The notes below the pieces were generated by a model. It was not told the origin of the DNA. It did not search any database and saw only the letters and a program-made list of their open reading frames with translations. From NCBI GenBank assembly GCA_902567115.1, contig CACFLF010000002.1:1-51020 (forward strand): a stretch of DNA of 51,020 nucleotides. The letters are read 5' to 3'. The position numbers and the translations under genes were made by a program. The stretch's first letter is position 1. Each line of letters opens with the position of its first letter. This DNA is from an uncultured Alphaproteobacteria bacterium. GTDB taxonomy: Bacteria > Pseudomonadota > Alphaproteobacteria > Methylaequorales > Methylaequoraceae. This document shows positions 16,960-27,354 of this stretch, piece after piece.

Positions 16960-18054
16960 ATGATCATAATTCTAGGTGCAGGCATAATTGGACTCTCTAT
17001 AGGGTACGATTTATTGAAAAAAGGAAAAAAAGTTAAAATTTTTGACTCAAGTGCTATTCAAGCTAAGTCCACTAACGCTTCAATTGGAATGTTAGCACCA
17101 CTAATAGAGGCAAAGCCTTTAGAAAAAGAACTTTTTAAACTAATGACAGCATCAAAATTAATTTGGGAGAAACTCCAACAGAATAAGAATTTTTCTCAAA
17201 CTATTGGATTGAAAAACAATTCTTCACTAATGGTAGCGCTTAATAAAGACGATGAAGAAAAACTAAAGTTTAAAAAAAATTTTTTTGAAACATTAGGCTA
17301 TAAATCTTTATTTCTATCAAAACATGAGACTCTTAGAAGAGAGCCGTTGCTAAACTCTAACGTTACCTCCTCTTTGTTTTGTAATAAACAAGATCAAGTA
17401 AACCCAATACTTTATAGAGATTTTTTAATTAAAGAAATCTTAAGAATGAAAGGAAAAATCGTAAACGAAAAAATAATAAAAAAAATAACTTTAAAGAAAA
17501 ACAAAATTTTTTTTAATGATAAAAGTCTAAACTTTGAAAAAGTCGTAATTTCATGTGGTGCGTGGAGTAATGAAATAATTTACAACTCTTTCGGAATTAA
17601 ATTTCCTACAAGACCACTGAAGGGGATTTCATTGACTCTTAAGGCACCGCTAATAAAATTTAATCATAATCTTTGGTTTAGAAATATTTACATTGCTCAA
17701 AGGGACAATGGAATCTTAGCTGTTGGGGCAACTGAAGAGGAAAAGGGTTTTGATAATTCAGTAAGAATGGACGAATTGTTTTTTTTAATTAATTCACTGT
17801 GGGAATCTTTACCAAAACTCGAAGATATTAGTTTAAATGAAATAAAAGTAGGTTTGCGACCAGCAGTTTTTGATGGGAATCCAATTATTGGTCCATTAGA
17901 AGAAGTTTCACGAGATATTATTTGTAGTTTTGGTCACTACAGGAATGGAATTTTATTAGCTCCGATTACTTCACAAATTATTTCACAATACATCCTTGAG
18001 GAAAACATAACGAAAGAATACAAATTTTTTTCCCCTAAAAGATTTTATTTATAA
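16960..18054 (+). CDS. thiO: FAD-dependent glycine oxidase
   Basis: An N-terminal Rossmann MIIILGAGIIGLSIGYDL, DAO-family length, and a position immediately upstream of thiS-thiG. Confidence 0.75.
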   Translation: MIIILGAGIIGLSIGYDLLKKGKKVKIFDSSAIQAKSTNASIGMLAPLIEAKPLEKELFKLMTASKLIWEKLQQNKNFSQTIGLKNNSSLMVALNKDDEEKLKFKKNFFETLGYKSLFLSKHETLRREPLLNSNVTSSLFCNKQDQVNPILYRDFLIKEILRMKGKIVNEKIIKKITLKKNKIFFNDKSLNFEKVVISCGAWSNEIIYNSFGIKFPTRPLKGISLTLKAPLIKFNHNLWFRNIYIAQRDNGILAVGATEEEKGFDNSVRMDELFFLINSLWESLPKLEDISLNEIKVGLRPAVFDGNPIIGPLEEVSRDIICSFGHYRNGILLAPITSQIISQYILEENITKEYKFFSPKRFYL

Positions 18055-18076
18055 TTTTTTAGTTTATCATTTAACA

Positions 18077-18307
18077 ATGAAGAATTTAAAAAATAAATAC
18101 TTTATTAATGGAAAGAATTTTAGTTGTGAACTCAAAGAACCTTATTTGGAGGATTTAATTGAAATTTTTCTTAATAAATCTATCCTGAAGGAATCTAAAA
18201 TTGCTGTTGCGGTAAACAATCAAATGATTGAAAGATATAAATGGAAAAAAAAAAAAATAAACTTTCAAGATAAAATTGAAATTGTTGCTCCATTTTTTGG
18301 GGGATGA
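18077..18307 (+). CDS. thiS: Thiamine-biosynthesis sulfur carrier protein
   Basis: 76 aa, ubiquitin-like size, C-terminal ...EIVAPFFGG (Gly-Gly terminus). It ends 3 nt before thiG. Confidence 0.75.
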   Translation: MKNLKNKYFINGKNFSCELKEPYLEDLIEIFLNKSILKESKIAVAVNNQMIERYKWKKKKINFQDKIEIVAPFFGG

Positions 18308-18310
18308 TTT

Positions 18311-19084
18311 ATGAAATCAGATTATTTAGTAATTGATGGAAAAAAATTTAATTCTCGTTTGATTATGGGTACATCTCTTTATCCAAATCTAGATGTTATG
18401 AATAAGTCTTTGGAAATTTCTGAAACACAAATAATCACAGTTGCAATAAGACGACTTAACTTATCTTCGAAAGGTTTTTTTCTTGATCAACTAAACAAAG
18501 ACTATTATTTCTTACCAAATACTGCAGGTTGTTTTACGCAAAAAGAAGCAATTTTAACGGCGGAATTAGCTCGAGAAACTCTTCAAACTAATTGGATAAA
18601 GCTTGAATTAATTAGTGATAAAGAAATGTTATTACCTGACCCAATTGAGTTGTTTGATACCTGTAAGAGCCTAGTAAAAAAGAATTTTAGAGTTTTTGTA
18701 TATTGCTCTGATGACCCAATTCTTTGCAAAAGATTAGAGGATTTAGGTTCTGAAATAGTTATGCCTCTGGTATCTCCAATCGGCTCAGGACTAGGAGTAA
18801 GAAATGAACATAATCTTGAGATTATAAGAAGAATATGTTCTGGAAAAATATTTGTTGATGCTGGTATTGGCAAACCAAGTGATGCCTCTAGAATAATGGA
18901 AATGGGATTTGATGGAGTTTTATTGAATTCTTCTGTTGCAAGATCATTAGACCCTATAAATATGGCTAATGCTATGAAACTAGCCGTTATATCAGGAAGA
19001 CTAGGATATAAATCTGGAATTATAGAAAGAAGAAACATGGCTTCTGAAAGCACATCTTTCAAAGGCAAAATTTCTAACTTTTAA
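18311..19084 (+). CDS. thiG: Thiazole synthase
   Basis: LPNTAGC motif, ...PIGSGLGV..., and the DAGIGKPSDA motif. 257 aa. Confidence 0.95.
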   Translation: MKSDYLVIDGKKFNSRLIMGTSLYPNLDVMNKSLEISETQIITVAIRRLNLSSKGFFLDQLNKDYYFLPNTAGCFTQKEAILTAELARETLQTNWIKLELISDKEMLLPDPIELFDTCKSLVKKNFRVFVYCSDDPILCKRLEDLGSEIVMPLVSPIGSGLGVRNEHNLEIIRRICSGKIFVDAGIGKPSDASRIMEMGFDGVLLNSSVARSLDPINMANAMKLAVISGRLGYKSGIIERRNMASESTSFKGKISNF

Positions 19085-19712
19085 CTTTCATTTTTTCAAG
19101 AAATGATTCGACAATTTTAACTTCATCATTTTTAAGAATTTTTTTTCTAGATGCTACGTTAAGAACATGACTCCAATTGGTAAGAGAGATTACATCAATT
19201 TTTTTTTTTTTAAATAAATAATAATCTTTGATTATTCCGTAATTGAAAATGACAAATATACCACTAACATTAGCTCCTAATTTCTCAATTGCATCTAAAA
19301 ATTTCAACTTACTTCCACCATCAGTCATTAAATCCTCAGCCAAGAGAACATTATCTTTTTGGTTCAATAAACCTTCGATCTGCGAATTTTTACCAAATTT
19401 TTTTTTTTCCTTTCTTATGTAAGTCATCGGCAAATTAAGTTTTTGTGCGATGAATGCAGCAAACGGAATGCCAGCAGATTCACCACCTGCAATATTTGAA
19501 ATTTTTTTGAATTGTGGTTTATCTTTTAATTTTGATATGCCAAAATCAATCAATTTTTCTCTTTCTTCTGGAAATGAAATTATACGTCTACAGTCACAAT
19601 AAACAGGACTTTTTTTACCAGACGTCAATTTAAATTGTTTTTTTGGACTGAAGTTAATACATTTTAAATTAATTAGTATTTCAGCAGCTTCTTCGGATAT
19701 ATTTCTAACCAT
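19074..19712 (-). CDS. pyrE: Orotate phosphoribosyltransferase
   Basis: FKLTSGKKSPVYCDCR and the PRPP-binding loop VLLAEDLMTDGGS. Confidence 0.9.
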   Translation of the reverse strand: MVRNISEEAAEILINLKCINFSPKKQFKLTSGKKSPVYCDCRRIISFPEEREKLIDFGISKLKDKPQFKKISNIAGGESAGIPFAAFIAQKLNLPMTYIRKEKKKFGKNSQIEGLLNQKDNVLLAEDLMTDGGSKLKFLDAIEKLGANVSGIFVIFNYGIIKDYYLFKKKKIDVISLTNWSHVLNVASRKKILKNDEVKIVESFLEKMKVKS

Positions 19713-19723
19713 AATTAAAGATT

Positions 19724-20113
19724 ATGACACTTTCAAATTTAATTTACATTTTATTACAATGGATTTCAATTAACACAAATTATGATACTAGTAAATTTGA
19801 TTTTCCAATCAATGTTGTGGAACCAAAAGTCATCCAGGAAATGGTTTGTGGAGGTAAATGTCCAGTAATTGCATTTTTCTCAGATGAACACGGAATATTT
19901 ATTTCAAACAGTGATTATGATGACCCTTGCAATCAATCAATTTTACTTCATGAAATTATTCATTCTTTTCAGTCTGATCTAAAAATTGAAAATGCTTTTA
20001 AAGAAAAAGAAGCATATGAACTACAAAATAAATTTTTAGAGGAATTATCAATAAAAAATGATATGATAGATATTTTGAATATTAAAAAATGTAGATCAAA
20101 ACAATCTAATTGA
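19724..20113 (+). CDS. Hypothetical small protein with an HExxH motif
   Basis: 129 aa with a hydrophobic N-terminus, Cys pairs (CGGKC, ...PCNQ) and [10 protein letters not shown] (HExxH). The coding call rests on ORF length, tight packing and the motif only. Confidence 0.4.
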   Translation: MTLSNLIYILLQWISINTNYDTSKFDFPINVVEPKVIQEMVCGGKCPVIAFFSDEHGIFISNSDYDDPCNQSILLHEIIHSFQSDLKIENAFKEKEAYELQNKFLEELSIKNDMIDILNIKKCRSKQSN

Positions 20114-20133
20114 TTATTTGTAGGGTGAAAATT

Positions 20134-21816
20134 GTGAGCGATTATAAAACAGATCTTGAGATTGCGAGAGAAGCAAAAAAACTAAAAATCTCTGAGGTTG
20201 CTTTAAATAGACTATCTATCGATGAAAAAAACTTAGTCCCATACGGACATTTCAAAGCAAAACTTGATTCAGGCTTTATTAGTGAACTTAGTAAAAAAGA
20301 TGACGGAAAATTAATCTTAGTTACTGCGATGACTCCCACAACTGCTGGAGAAGGTAAGACTACAACTTCAGTTGGACTTACTGATGGTCTTAATTTTATT
20401 GGTAAAAATGCCATGGTTGCATTAAGAGAACCTAGCCTAGGGCCATGTTTCGGCATGAAAGGTGGTGCAGCAGGTGGAGGATATGCACAAGTTGTTCCTA
20501 TGGAGGATATTAATTTACACTTTACTGGTGATTTTCATGCAATTACATCTGCGCATATGCTTCTTTCTGCAATGATTGATAATCATATATATTGGAATTT
20601 AGAGCCTAAAATTGACAGCAGGAGGGTTGCTTGGAGAAGAGTTGTAGACATGAATGACAGAGCACTGAGGTCAATTACAAACTCTTTGGGTGGAATTTCG
20701 AACGGATTCTCAAGGGAAGATGGTTTTGATATAACAGTCGCATCCGAAGTCATGGCAATACTCTGTTTGGCAACAGATTTTGAGGACTTGAAGGAGAGAC
20801 TAGGAAAGATTATTATAGGGTACACAAGAGATCTGGATCCAATTTTTTGCAGAGATATAAAAGCTGATGGCGCTATGTCAGTTCTGCTCAAGGATGCGCT
20901 TCAACCAAATTTAGTACAAACACTCGAGAATAATCCTGCTTTTATTCATGGGGGACCATTTGCTAATATTGCACATGGATGCAACACCGTTATTGCAACT
21001 AAGACTGCTTTGAAACTCTCTGATTATGTCGTGACAGAGGCAGGTTTTGGAGCCGATTTAGGTGCTGAAAAATTTTTAAATATTAAATGCAGAAAAACCG
21101 GTTTGAGACCTTCATGTGCTGTTGTGGTTGCTACAGTAAGGGCTCTTAAACTTCATGGAGAAGTTGACCCTAAAAATCTTGGTGAAGAAAACCTTAAAGC
21201 TGTTGAGAAGGGACTACCAAATCTATTAAGACACATAGAAAATCTCTCAAAATTTGGAATACCTACCGTAGTAGCTTTAAATAGATTTCCAACAGATACC
21301 AAAAACGAAATAACAAAAGTTCAAAAAGTGTGTGAAGAACTTGGAGTTAATGCAATACTAGCTGAACATTGGAAAGACGGTGGAAAAGGAGCTTCAAAAT
21401 TAGCAGAAACTGTTATTTCAACCATCCAAAATAAAAAGGCAGAACTAAAATTTACCTATGATGATAAAGACGACGTAAAAGAAAAAATAAAGAAAATATC
21501 AAAAGAAATTTACAGGGCATCAGATGTTACCTTTTCGCAACCTGCACTAAAAAAATTAGACGAAATATCAAAGTTAGGTTATAACCATTTTCCAGTCTGC
21601 ATGGCAAAAACTCAATATAGCTTTAGTACCGATCCAAAAAATAAATGTGCCCCTGAAAATCATGATATCCATATTAGAGAGATCAGGTTATCTGCTGGAG
21701 CCGAATTCATCGTCGCAATAGCTGGAGACATAATGACCATGCCTGGTTTACCGAAGAAACCTGCGGCTTACGAAGTAAAAATAGGATCTGATGGAAACAT
21801 TCAAGGTTTATTCTAA
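20134..21816 (+). CDS. fhs: Formate--tetrahydrofolate ligase
   Basis: [14 protein letters not shown]..., the P-loop [16 protein letters not shown], and GGGYAQV. I chose the GTG at 20134 (GGGTGA 5 nt upstream), giving about 560 aa, over the TTG at 20110. Confidence 0.95.
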   Translation: MSDYKTDLEIAREAKKLKISEVALNRLSIDEKNLVPYGHFKAKLDSGFISELSKKDDGKLILVTAMTPTTAGEGKTTTSVGLTDGLNFIGKNAMVALREPSLGPCFGMKGGAAGGGYAQVVPMEDINLHFTGDFHAITSAHMLLSAMIDNHIYWNLEPKIDSRRVAWRRVVDMNDRALRSITNSLGGISNGFSREDGFDITVASEVMAILCLATDFEDLKERLGKIIIGYTRDLDPIFCRDIKADGAMSVLLKDALQPNLVQTLENNPAFIHGGPFANIAHGCNTVIATKTALKLSDYVVTEAGFGADLGAEKFLNIKCRKTGLRPSCAVVVATVRALKLHGEVDPKNLGEENLKAVEKGLPNLLRHIENLSKFGIPTVVALNRFPTDTKNEITKVQKVCEELGVNAILAEHWKDGGKGASKLAETVISTIQNKKAELKFTYDDKDDVKEKIKKISKEIYRASDVTFSQPALKKLDEISKLGYNHFPVCMAKTQYSFSTDPKNKCAPENHDIHIREIRLSAGAEFIVAIAGDIMTMPGLPKKPAAYEVKIGSDGNIQGLF

Positions 21817-22932
21817 TAAAAACTCATTATAAACTTCGAGGAATTTTTTTATAATTATTTTGGTTGAAAATTTTTCAATAACTAACCTTCTACCATTTTT
21901 ACCGTAAAAATTTAAAAGTTTAGGGTTGTTGAGAATTTTTTCGATAGCTTTAGATAAGTGAATATAATTTTGTGCAGGAACCAATTGTCCATTAAAATTA
22001 TTATGGCATATTTCTTTGCAACCAACTACATCTGTTGTTATGATGGGAAGCTCACAGCTGGCAGCTTCGAGAAGATTTTTTGGGAGTCCTTCTCTGTAAG
22101 AGGGTAAAACAGCAATTTTTGATTTTTGAAGATATGGTAGAACATTCTTTTTTTTCCCTTTCCATATAATTAATTTTTCACTCTGCCACTGCTCTAACTG
22201 ACTTACTTTAACTGATGCTCGATTTTGTATGTCTGGATTGCCAAGAATTAAAACAGAAATTTTTTTTTTTTTTCTTATTTCTTTAACTGCATTTATTAAT
22301 TCTAAAATACCTTTGTCATATAATATTCTTGAATGGAATATGATATCATATATTTTTTTTGTTTTTTTACTTTTAAATAAATCTGTATCTACTCCAGAAC
22401 CATAAATAATAGTTGTTTTGGCAAACTTAGTAATTTTGTTGTTTTTAAAAATCAATTTATCTTCTTTATTCTGAAAAATAAAAAGAACCTTCATTTTTTT
22501 CAAAAAAATATTTATTAAACTTACATATGAAAATTTTAAAATTTTTGATGATAATTTTTTACTTATAAAAACATAACCTAGCCCAACAACGCAGAATATC
22601 ATTTTTTGTTTTCTGAATATTTTTGATATAATCGAGGTATACAAAATAGGTTTTAGAGCAACACTTTGAATGAAATCTGGCTTAAACTTTATTATAATCA
22701 AAAATAACTTTATGATACAAAATAATTCTCTTAGAGGATTTATTGATCCTCTATTTATTTCAATGTGCTTTGTTTTAAAGCCATAAGATTGTATTATTTT
22801 CTCCTTGTCTGTAAAATTACAAACAACAAGTACCTCAAAGTTATTTTTTAAAGCTGAGCATGCTTGATCGATTTTATGGGACAAAAAATATTCATCTTCA
22901 CTTACGAAATATAAAAGTTTATATTTTCTCAT
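21808..22932 (-). CDS. Glycosyltransferase family 4 (group 1)
   Basis: GT-B architecture with the C-terminal E-x7-E-type motif region [25 protein letters not shown]. The sequence is very AT-rich. Confidence 0.8.
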   Translation of the reverse strand: MRKYKLLYFVSEDEYFLSHKIDQACSALKNNFEVLVVCNFTDKEKIIQSYGFKTKHIEINRGSINPLRELFCIIKLFLIIIKFKPDFIQSVALKPILYTSIISKIFRKQKMIFCVVGLGYVFISKKLSSKILKFSYVSLINIFLKKMKVLFIFQNKEDKLIFKNNKITKFAKTTIIYGSGVDTDLFKSKKTKKIYDIIFHSRILYDKGILELINAVKEIRKKKKISVLILGNPDIQNRASVKVSQLEQWQSEKLIIWKGKKKNVLPYLQKSKIAVLPSYREGLPKNLLEAASCELPIITTDVVGCKEICHNNFNGQLVPAQNYIHLSKAIEKILNNPKLLNFYGKNGRRLVIEKFSTKIIIKKFLEVYNEFLLE

Positions 22933-22946
22933 AGTTAGGTAATAAA

Positions 22947-23390
22947 ATGTTATATTACATTATTTTTGGAATAATTTTAGCAACAATTTTACTTTCATTG
23001 TTTTTAGAATTTATTCATGAATCCCATGAAAAATTCAAAAAGAAAATAAAATTCATCTTATCTATGATTTTGCTCATTATAATTTTTTTAATAATGACAA
23101 GATTTCCTAATGTTATATCGGTAATTCCTGCTGTTTTTTTAATTCTATATAGATGGCGTGTTTTTATAAACTTTTTGTTGCAAACATTTTTCTTCAAGAA
23201 AAGAAATAACTTTTCGGAGTCATTAAAAAAGGAAGATGCTTATGAAATTCTTGGCTTAAAACAGAATGCTTCAAAAAATGAGATTTTGAAAAGGTATCAA
23301 GAATTAATAAAAAAAAATCATCCTGATAAAGGTGGGTCAGAATGGATTACAAAACAAATTAATAAAGCCAGAGATACTCTTTTAGGTTGA
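22947..23390 (+). CDS. Membrane-anchored J-domain protein (Tim14/Pam18-like)
   Basis: About three N-terminal TM segments are followed by a short J domain, [51 protein letters not shown], with the HPD motif. Confidence 0.75.
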   Translation: [147 protein letters not shown]

Positions 23391-23423
23391 GATTTTTTTT
23401 TTTTACTTTAACCTTCAATTTTT

Positions 23424-24293
23424 ATGCAAAGTAAAATAAAAAAAGCTATTTTTCCAATTGCAGGTTTGGGAAGTCGATTTCTTCCTGCAACTAAAATACT
23501 AGCAAAGGAAATGTTAATTGTCTTAGATAGACCTATTTTAGAATGGGCTGTAATCGAGGCATCAAGGTCTGGGATTGAAGAAATGATTTTTGTTACTTCT
23601 TCGAAGAAAAATTCAATAATTGAACATTTTAATAAATCATTAGAACTTGAAAATTTGTTAAAAAAAAAAAAAAAGAATAATCAGATCTATTCGATTCAAA
23701 GCCAAAGTGGGCTCGGAAACTTCACTTACGTTATTCAAGATGAGCCCAAAGGGCTTGGACATGCTGTATGGTGTGCAAAAAGATTCATTGAGAAAAATGA
23801 AAATTTTGTTGTGATGTTACCTGATGACATAATTCTCTCAAAAAAGCCTGTTATAGCACAAATGCTAAAAATTCATGAAAAAACCTCAGGAGGTTCAGTT
23901 TTAGCTTTAGAGAAAGTTCCGAAAAAAGAAGTATTTAAATACGGTGTAATTGACTTCCGAAAAAAAAAAGATAACTATTATCAAATAAAAAACCTTATCG
24001 AAAAACCACATCCATCAAAAGCACCTTCAAATCTTACTGTTGTTGGAAGATATATTTTGAACTACAAAGTTTTTGACCTTCTTGAAAAACAGAAAAAAGG
24101 TCATGGAAATGAAATTCAACTTACCGATAGTTTGATTTCTTTGATTGAGAAACCGGGTTTATATGGTTTGGAATTTGATGGAAATAGGTATGATTGTGGG
24201 AACAAGTTAGGTTTTATTGAAGCTAATGTTAATTTTGGGTTGAAAGATAAAAATATTAGTAAAAATCTAAGAAATTTATTGAGAAAAATATGA
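23424..24293 (+). CDS. galU: UTP--glucose-1-phosphate uridylyltransferase
   Basis: KAIFPIAGLGSRFLPATK, EPKGLGHAV and VVGRYIL motifs. Confidence 0.9.
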   Translation: MQSKIKKAIFPIAGLGSRFLPATKILAKEMLIVLDRPILEWAVIEASRSGIEEMIFVTSSKKNSIIEHFNKSLELENLLKKKKKNNQIYSIQSQSGLGNFTYVIQDEPKGLGHAVWCAKRFIEKNENFVVMLPDDIILSKKPVIAQMLKIHEKTSGGSVLALEKVPKKEVFKYGVIDFRKKKDNYYQIKNLIEKPHPSKAPSNLTVVGRYILNYKVFDLLEKQKKGHGNEIQLTDSLISLIEKPGLYGLEFDGNRYDCGNKLGFIEANVNFGLKDKNISKNLRNLLRKI

Positions 24294-25612
24294 AAATAAC
24301 AGTAGTTGGTGCAGGTTATGTTGGCTTAGTCTCTGGAACTTGTTTTGCTGAGTTTGGAGTCACTGTTGTTTGCGTCGATAATAACAAAGAAAAAATTAAA
24401 AAGTTAAAGAAAGGGATCATTCCAATATTTGAACCAGGGTTAAAAGATCTGGTTAAAAAAAATTTAAAGGAGAAAAGGTTATTTTTTCAGACAAGCTTGT
24501 CTGAATCGTTGAGAGATTCTGAGGCTGTTTTTATTGCTGTCGGAACTCCATCAAGAAGAGGTGATGGACATGCAGATTTAAGTTATGTTTATTCTGCTGC
24601 GAAGGATATTGCAAAAAATTTGAATAAATATGCAGTAATTGTAAATAAATCAACTGTGCCGATTGGAACCGGAAAAAAAGTTTTTGATATAATAAAAAAA
24701 ATTAAACCTAAGCTAGAATTTGATGTGGCATCAAACCCAGAATTTTTAAGAGAGGGATCTGCAATTAATGATTTTATGCGCCCCGATAGAGTCGTCATAG
24801 GTTGCGAAACCAAAAGAGCAAAAGATATCCTTAAGGAACTTTATAGACCTTTATATCTTTTAGAAACACCTATTTTGTTTACAAAAAGAGAAACAGCTGA
24901 ACTAATTAAATATGCAGCGAACTCTTTTTTGGCTACTAAAATTACTTTTATTAATGAAATTGCTGATTTGTGTGAAAAAGTAGGAGCCAATGTAAGTGAT
25001 GTTTCCACAGGTATTGGATTAGACGGGAGAATAGGCAAAAAATTTCTTCATCCTGGCCCAGGTTATGGTGGCTCTTGTTTTCCTAAAGATACCCTTGCAT
25101 TAGTTAAAACTGCGCAAGACTACAAATCGCCATTATCATTAATTGAACATGTTGTTGAAAGTAATAAAAAAAGAAAAAGATCAATGTTCAAAAGGATTAC
25201 TAAAATACTCCCTCAAGATAAAAAAAAAAAAACTATCTCAGTACTTGGTTTAACTTTTAAACCCAATACAGATGATATGAGAGATAGCCCAAGTTTGGAT
25301 ATTATACCTGCATTAATAAAACAAAACTATGAGGTAAGAGTTTTTGATCCAGAGGGTATGGAGGAAGCAAAAAAGAGTTTAATTAAATATAAGTCTAAAA
25401 TTATTTGGTGTAAGAATGCGTATGAAGCAGCGTTAAATGCTGACGTATTAGTAATTCTTACAGAGTGGAACGAATTCAGAGCTTTGGATCTCAAAAAACT
25501 TAAAAAACTTTTGAAAAGAAATGTAATAGTTGACTTAAGGAATATTTATAATCCAATAGAGATCAGGGAAAATGGTTTTGAATATTACTCAGTTGGAAGA
25601 GTTTCATTGTGA
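24290..25612 (+). CDS. ugd: UDP-glucose 6-dehydrogenase
   Basis: MKITVVGAGYVGLV Rossmann fold, the catalytic GGSCFPKD, and the DDMRDSP motif. Confidence 0.9.
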   Translation: MKITVVGAGYVGLVSGTCFAEFGVTVVCVDNNKEKIKKLKKGIIPIFEPGLKDLVKKNLKEKRLFFQTSLSESLRDSEAVFIAVGTPSRRGDGHADLSYVYSAAKDIAKNLNKYAVIVNKSTVPIGTGKKVFDIIKKIKPKLEFDVASNPEFLREGSAINDFMRPDRVVIGCETKRAKDILKELYRPLYLLETPILFTKRETAELIKYAANSFLATKITFINEIADLCEKVGANVSDVSTGIGLDGRIGKKFLHPGPGYGGSCFPKDTLALVKTAQDYKSPLSLIEHVVESNKKRKRSMFKRITKILPQDKKKKTISVLGLTFKPNTDDMRDSPSLDIIPALIKQNYEVRVFDPEGMEEAKKSLIKYKSKIIWCKNAYEAALNADVLVILTEWNEFRALDLKKLKKLLKRNVIVDLRNIYNPIEIRENGFEYYSVGRVSL

Positions 25613-26994
25613 AAACTATTAACCATATTTTTGATGATTCGATTATTCGCTCATACGATATCAGAGGTATTTTCAACAAAACACTTTTCGAAAAAGATGC
25701 AAAGGTAATTGGACAATTATTTGGTTTGGAGGTAGGAAAGAACAAAAAAATCAATGTGGGATACGATGGAAGAAAATCCTCAGAACCACTAAAGGATTCT
25801 TTAATTGAGGGAATACTGGAGTCTGGAGCAGATGTTTGTGAAATAGGTTTAGTTCCAACTCCATTATTATATTTTTCTACCATTTCAAATAATTCGAGGG
25901 GTGGTGTAATGGTTACTGGCTCTCATAATCCAAAAAATTATAATGGTTTTAAATTAATCTTGGATGGTCTTCCATTTTACGGTGAGGATTTGATAAATTT
26001 GAAGAAAAAGGCCCAAAACTTTTTACTTGAAAAGACTATAGGGAGCAGAGAGAAGGTTAATTTTGAATCAGAATATTTAAAAAATATTTTTAATAATTTT
26101 TCTCAAGACAGAAAACTTAATATAGTTTGGGATTCTGGTAATGGTTCAGCCGGCAAAGTTATGGAAGAAATTTCAAGAAAAATTAGAGGGCAACAGAAAC
26201 TTTTATTCAAAGAAATTGATGGGAACTTTCCAAATCATCACCCAGATCCATCTGATCCAGAAAACCTTGTACAATGTATCGCAGAAATAAAAAAAAACAA
26301 TTTTGACTTAGGGATAGCTTTTGACGGTGATGGAGATAGAATCGGAGTAATTGATGATAAAGGAAGAATTATTGCAGGTGACATACTACTTTTAATTCTT
26401 TCCAAAAGTTTGGTTAAAAAAAATTCTACAATTATTGGAGATGTAAAATGCAGTCAGGTTCTATTTGACGAAATAGAAAATTTAGGTGGAAAACCTGTTA
26501 TTTCTCAGACAGGCCATAGTCATGTAAAAATAAATATGAAAAAATATGATGCTGATTTGGCAGGAGAAATGAGCGGTCACATTTTTTTTAAATCAAATTA
26601 TGGGTTCGATGACGCGTTATATGCTGCCGTTCAACTTATTAAAATTCTTTCAAATTCTGATAAAAATCTCTCCGAACATATAGATAAAATTCCAAAGGTA
26701 TTTAACACGCCTGAAATTAGAATAGATTGTGAAGATGATAAGAAGTTCATACTAATAAATAATATTTCTAAAAGTCAAAAAAAATTAAATAAAAAAATAG
26801 TTGATATTGATGGATTAAGAGTACAGTCAGAAGATGGTTGGTGGTTGCTTAGAGCGTCTAATACTCAGCCATGTATTGTCTTGAGATGCGAATCAATCAG
26901 TCAAGTTGGATTAAAAAATCAGTTGTTAAAGGTAAAAGAAGCTGTAAAAGAATTTGACACAAAAATTTCTCAAAAAATAGTAGTTGAAAATTAA
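25609..26994 (+). CDS. Phosphomannomutase/phosphoglucomutase
   Basis: Active-site TGSHNP, metal loop FDGDGDR, and sugar loop GEMSGH. 461 aa. Confidence 0.9.
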   Translation: MKTINHIFDDSIIRSYDIRGIFNKTLFEKDAKVIGQLFGLEVGKNKKINVGYDGRKSSEPLKDSLIEGILESGADVCEIGLVPTPLLYFSTISNNSRGGVMVTGSHNPKNYNGFKLILDGLPFYGEDLINLKKKAQNFLLEKTIGSREKVNFESEYLKNIFNNFSQDRKLNIVWDSGNGSAGKVMEEISRKIRGQQKLLFKEIDGNFPNHHPDPSDPENLVQCIAEIKKNNFDLGIAFDGDGDRIGVIDDKGRIIAGDILLLILSKSLVKKNSTIIGDVKCSQVLFDEIENLGGKPVISQTGHSHVKINMKKYDADLAGEMSGHIFFKSNYGFDDALYAAVQLIKILSNSDKNLSEHIDKIPKVFNTPEIRIDCEDDKKFILINNISKSQKKLNKKIVDIDGLRVQSEDGWWLLRASNTQPCIVLRCESISQVGLKNQLLKVKEAVKEFDTKISQKIVVEN

Positions 26995-27039
26995 AAAGTA
27001 TTTTTCTAATTTAATAATATCACTAATATTTTTTTAATT

Positions 27040-27354
27040 ATGTCTGACGAAAATAAATCAATTTCTACCGATATAGCAACAAAAGAAAAAATTGAGGTTC
27101 AAAAACCAAAATTGTATAAAGTAATTTTGTTAAATGATGATTATACTCCAATGGAATATGTGGTAAAGTTATTGAGAATAATCTTCAAGAAAAGCGAAGA
27201 TGAAGCTGTAAATATTATGCTTATGGTTCACAAAAAAGGTTCTGGTGTATGTGGAATATTTACTAAAGAAGTAGCTGAAACAAAAGTAGAGACAGTTTTA
27301 AAAATGGCACAGAGTGATCAACATCCTCTTAAATGTATTATGGAGCTAGATTAA
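27040..27354 (+). CDS. clpS: ATP-dependent Clp protease adaptor
   Basis: LYKVILLNDDYTPMEYVVKLL...EDEAVNIMLMVHKKGSGVCG is the canonical ClpS core. Confidence 0.95.
   Translation: MSDENKSISTDIATKEKIEVQKPKLYKVILLNDDYTPMEYVVKLLRIIFKKSEDEAVNIMLMVHKKGSGVCGIFTKEVAETKVETVLKMAQSDQHPLKCIMELD

Noticed and set aside
18583-19068. 161-aa minus-strand ORF inside thiG
   Set aside because: It is antisense to a gene with canonical ThiG motifs. Its composition is Ser/Leu/Ile-rich, as expected from the reverse frame of an AT-rich gene. The same reasoning applies to the other nested or antisense track ORFs: 29102-29572 and 27824-28171 in clpA, 49397-49759 and 50261-50506 in tyrS, 20142-20456 and 20583-20891 in fhs, 25563-25883 in the PMM gene, and 3335-3526 in the lipoprotein gene.
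20050-20133. Possible ZTP (pfl) riboswitch upstream of fhs, a common location for it
   Set aside because: There is no GC-rich pseudoknot-forming motif. The region is coding for the upstream ORF, and only about 20 nt separate the genes.
22260-22273. Phase-variable switch (A14 on the coding strand) in the glycosyltransferase gene
   Set aside because: Equally long or longer tracts occur in core genes (pyrE, galU, ugd, thiS). The tract is therefore better explained by genome-wide AT/poly-Lys bias than by a dedicated contingency locus. It is retained only as part of the general homopolymer finding.
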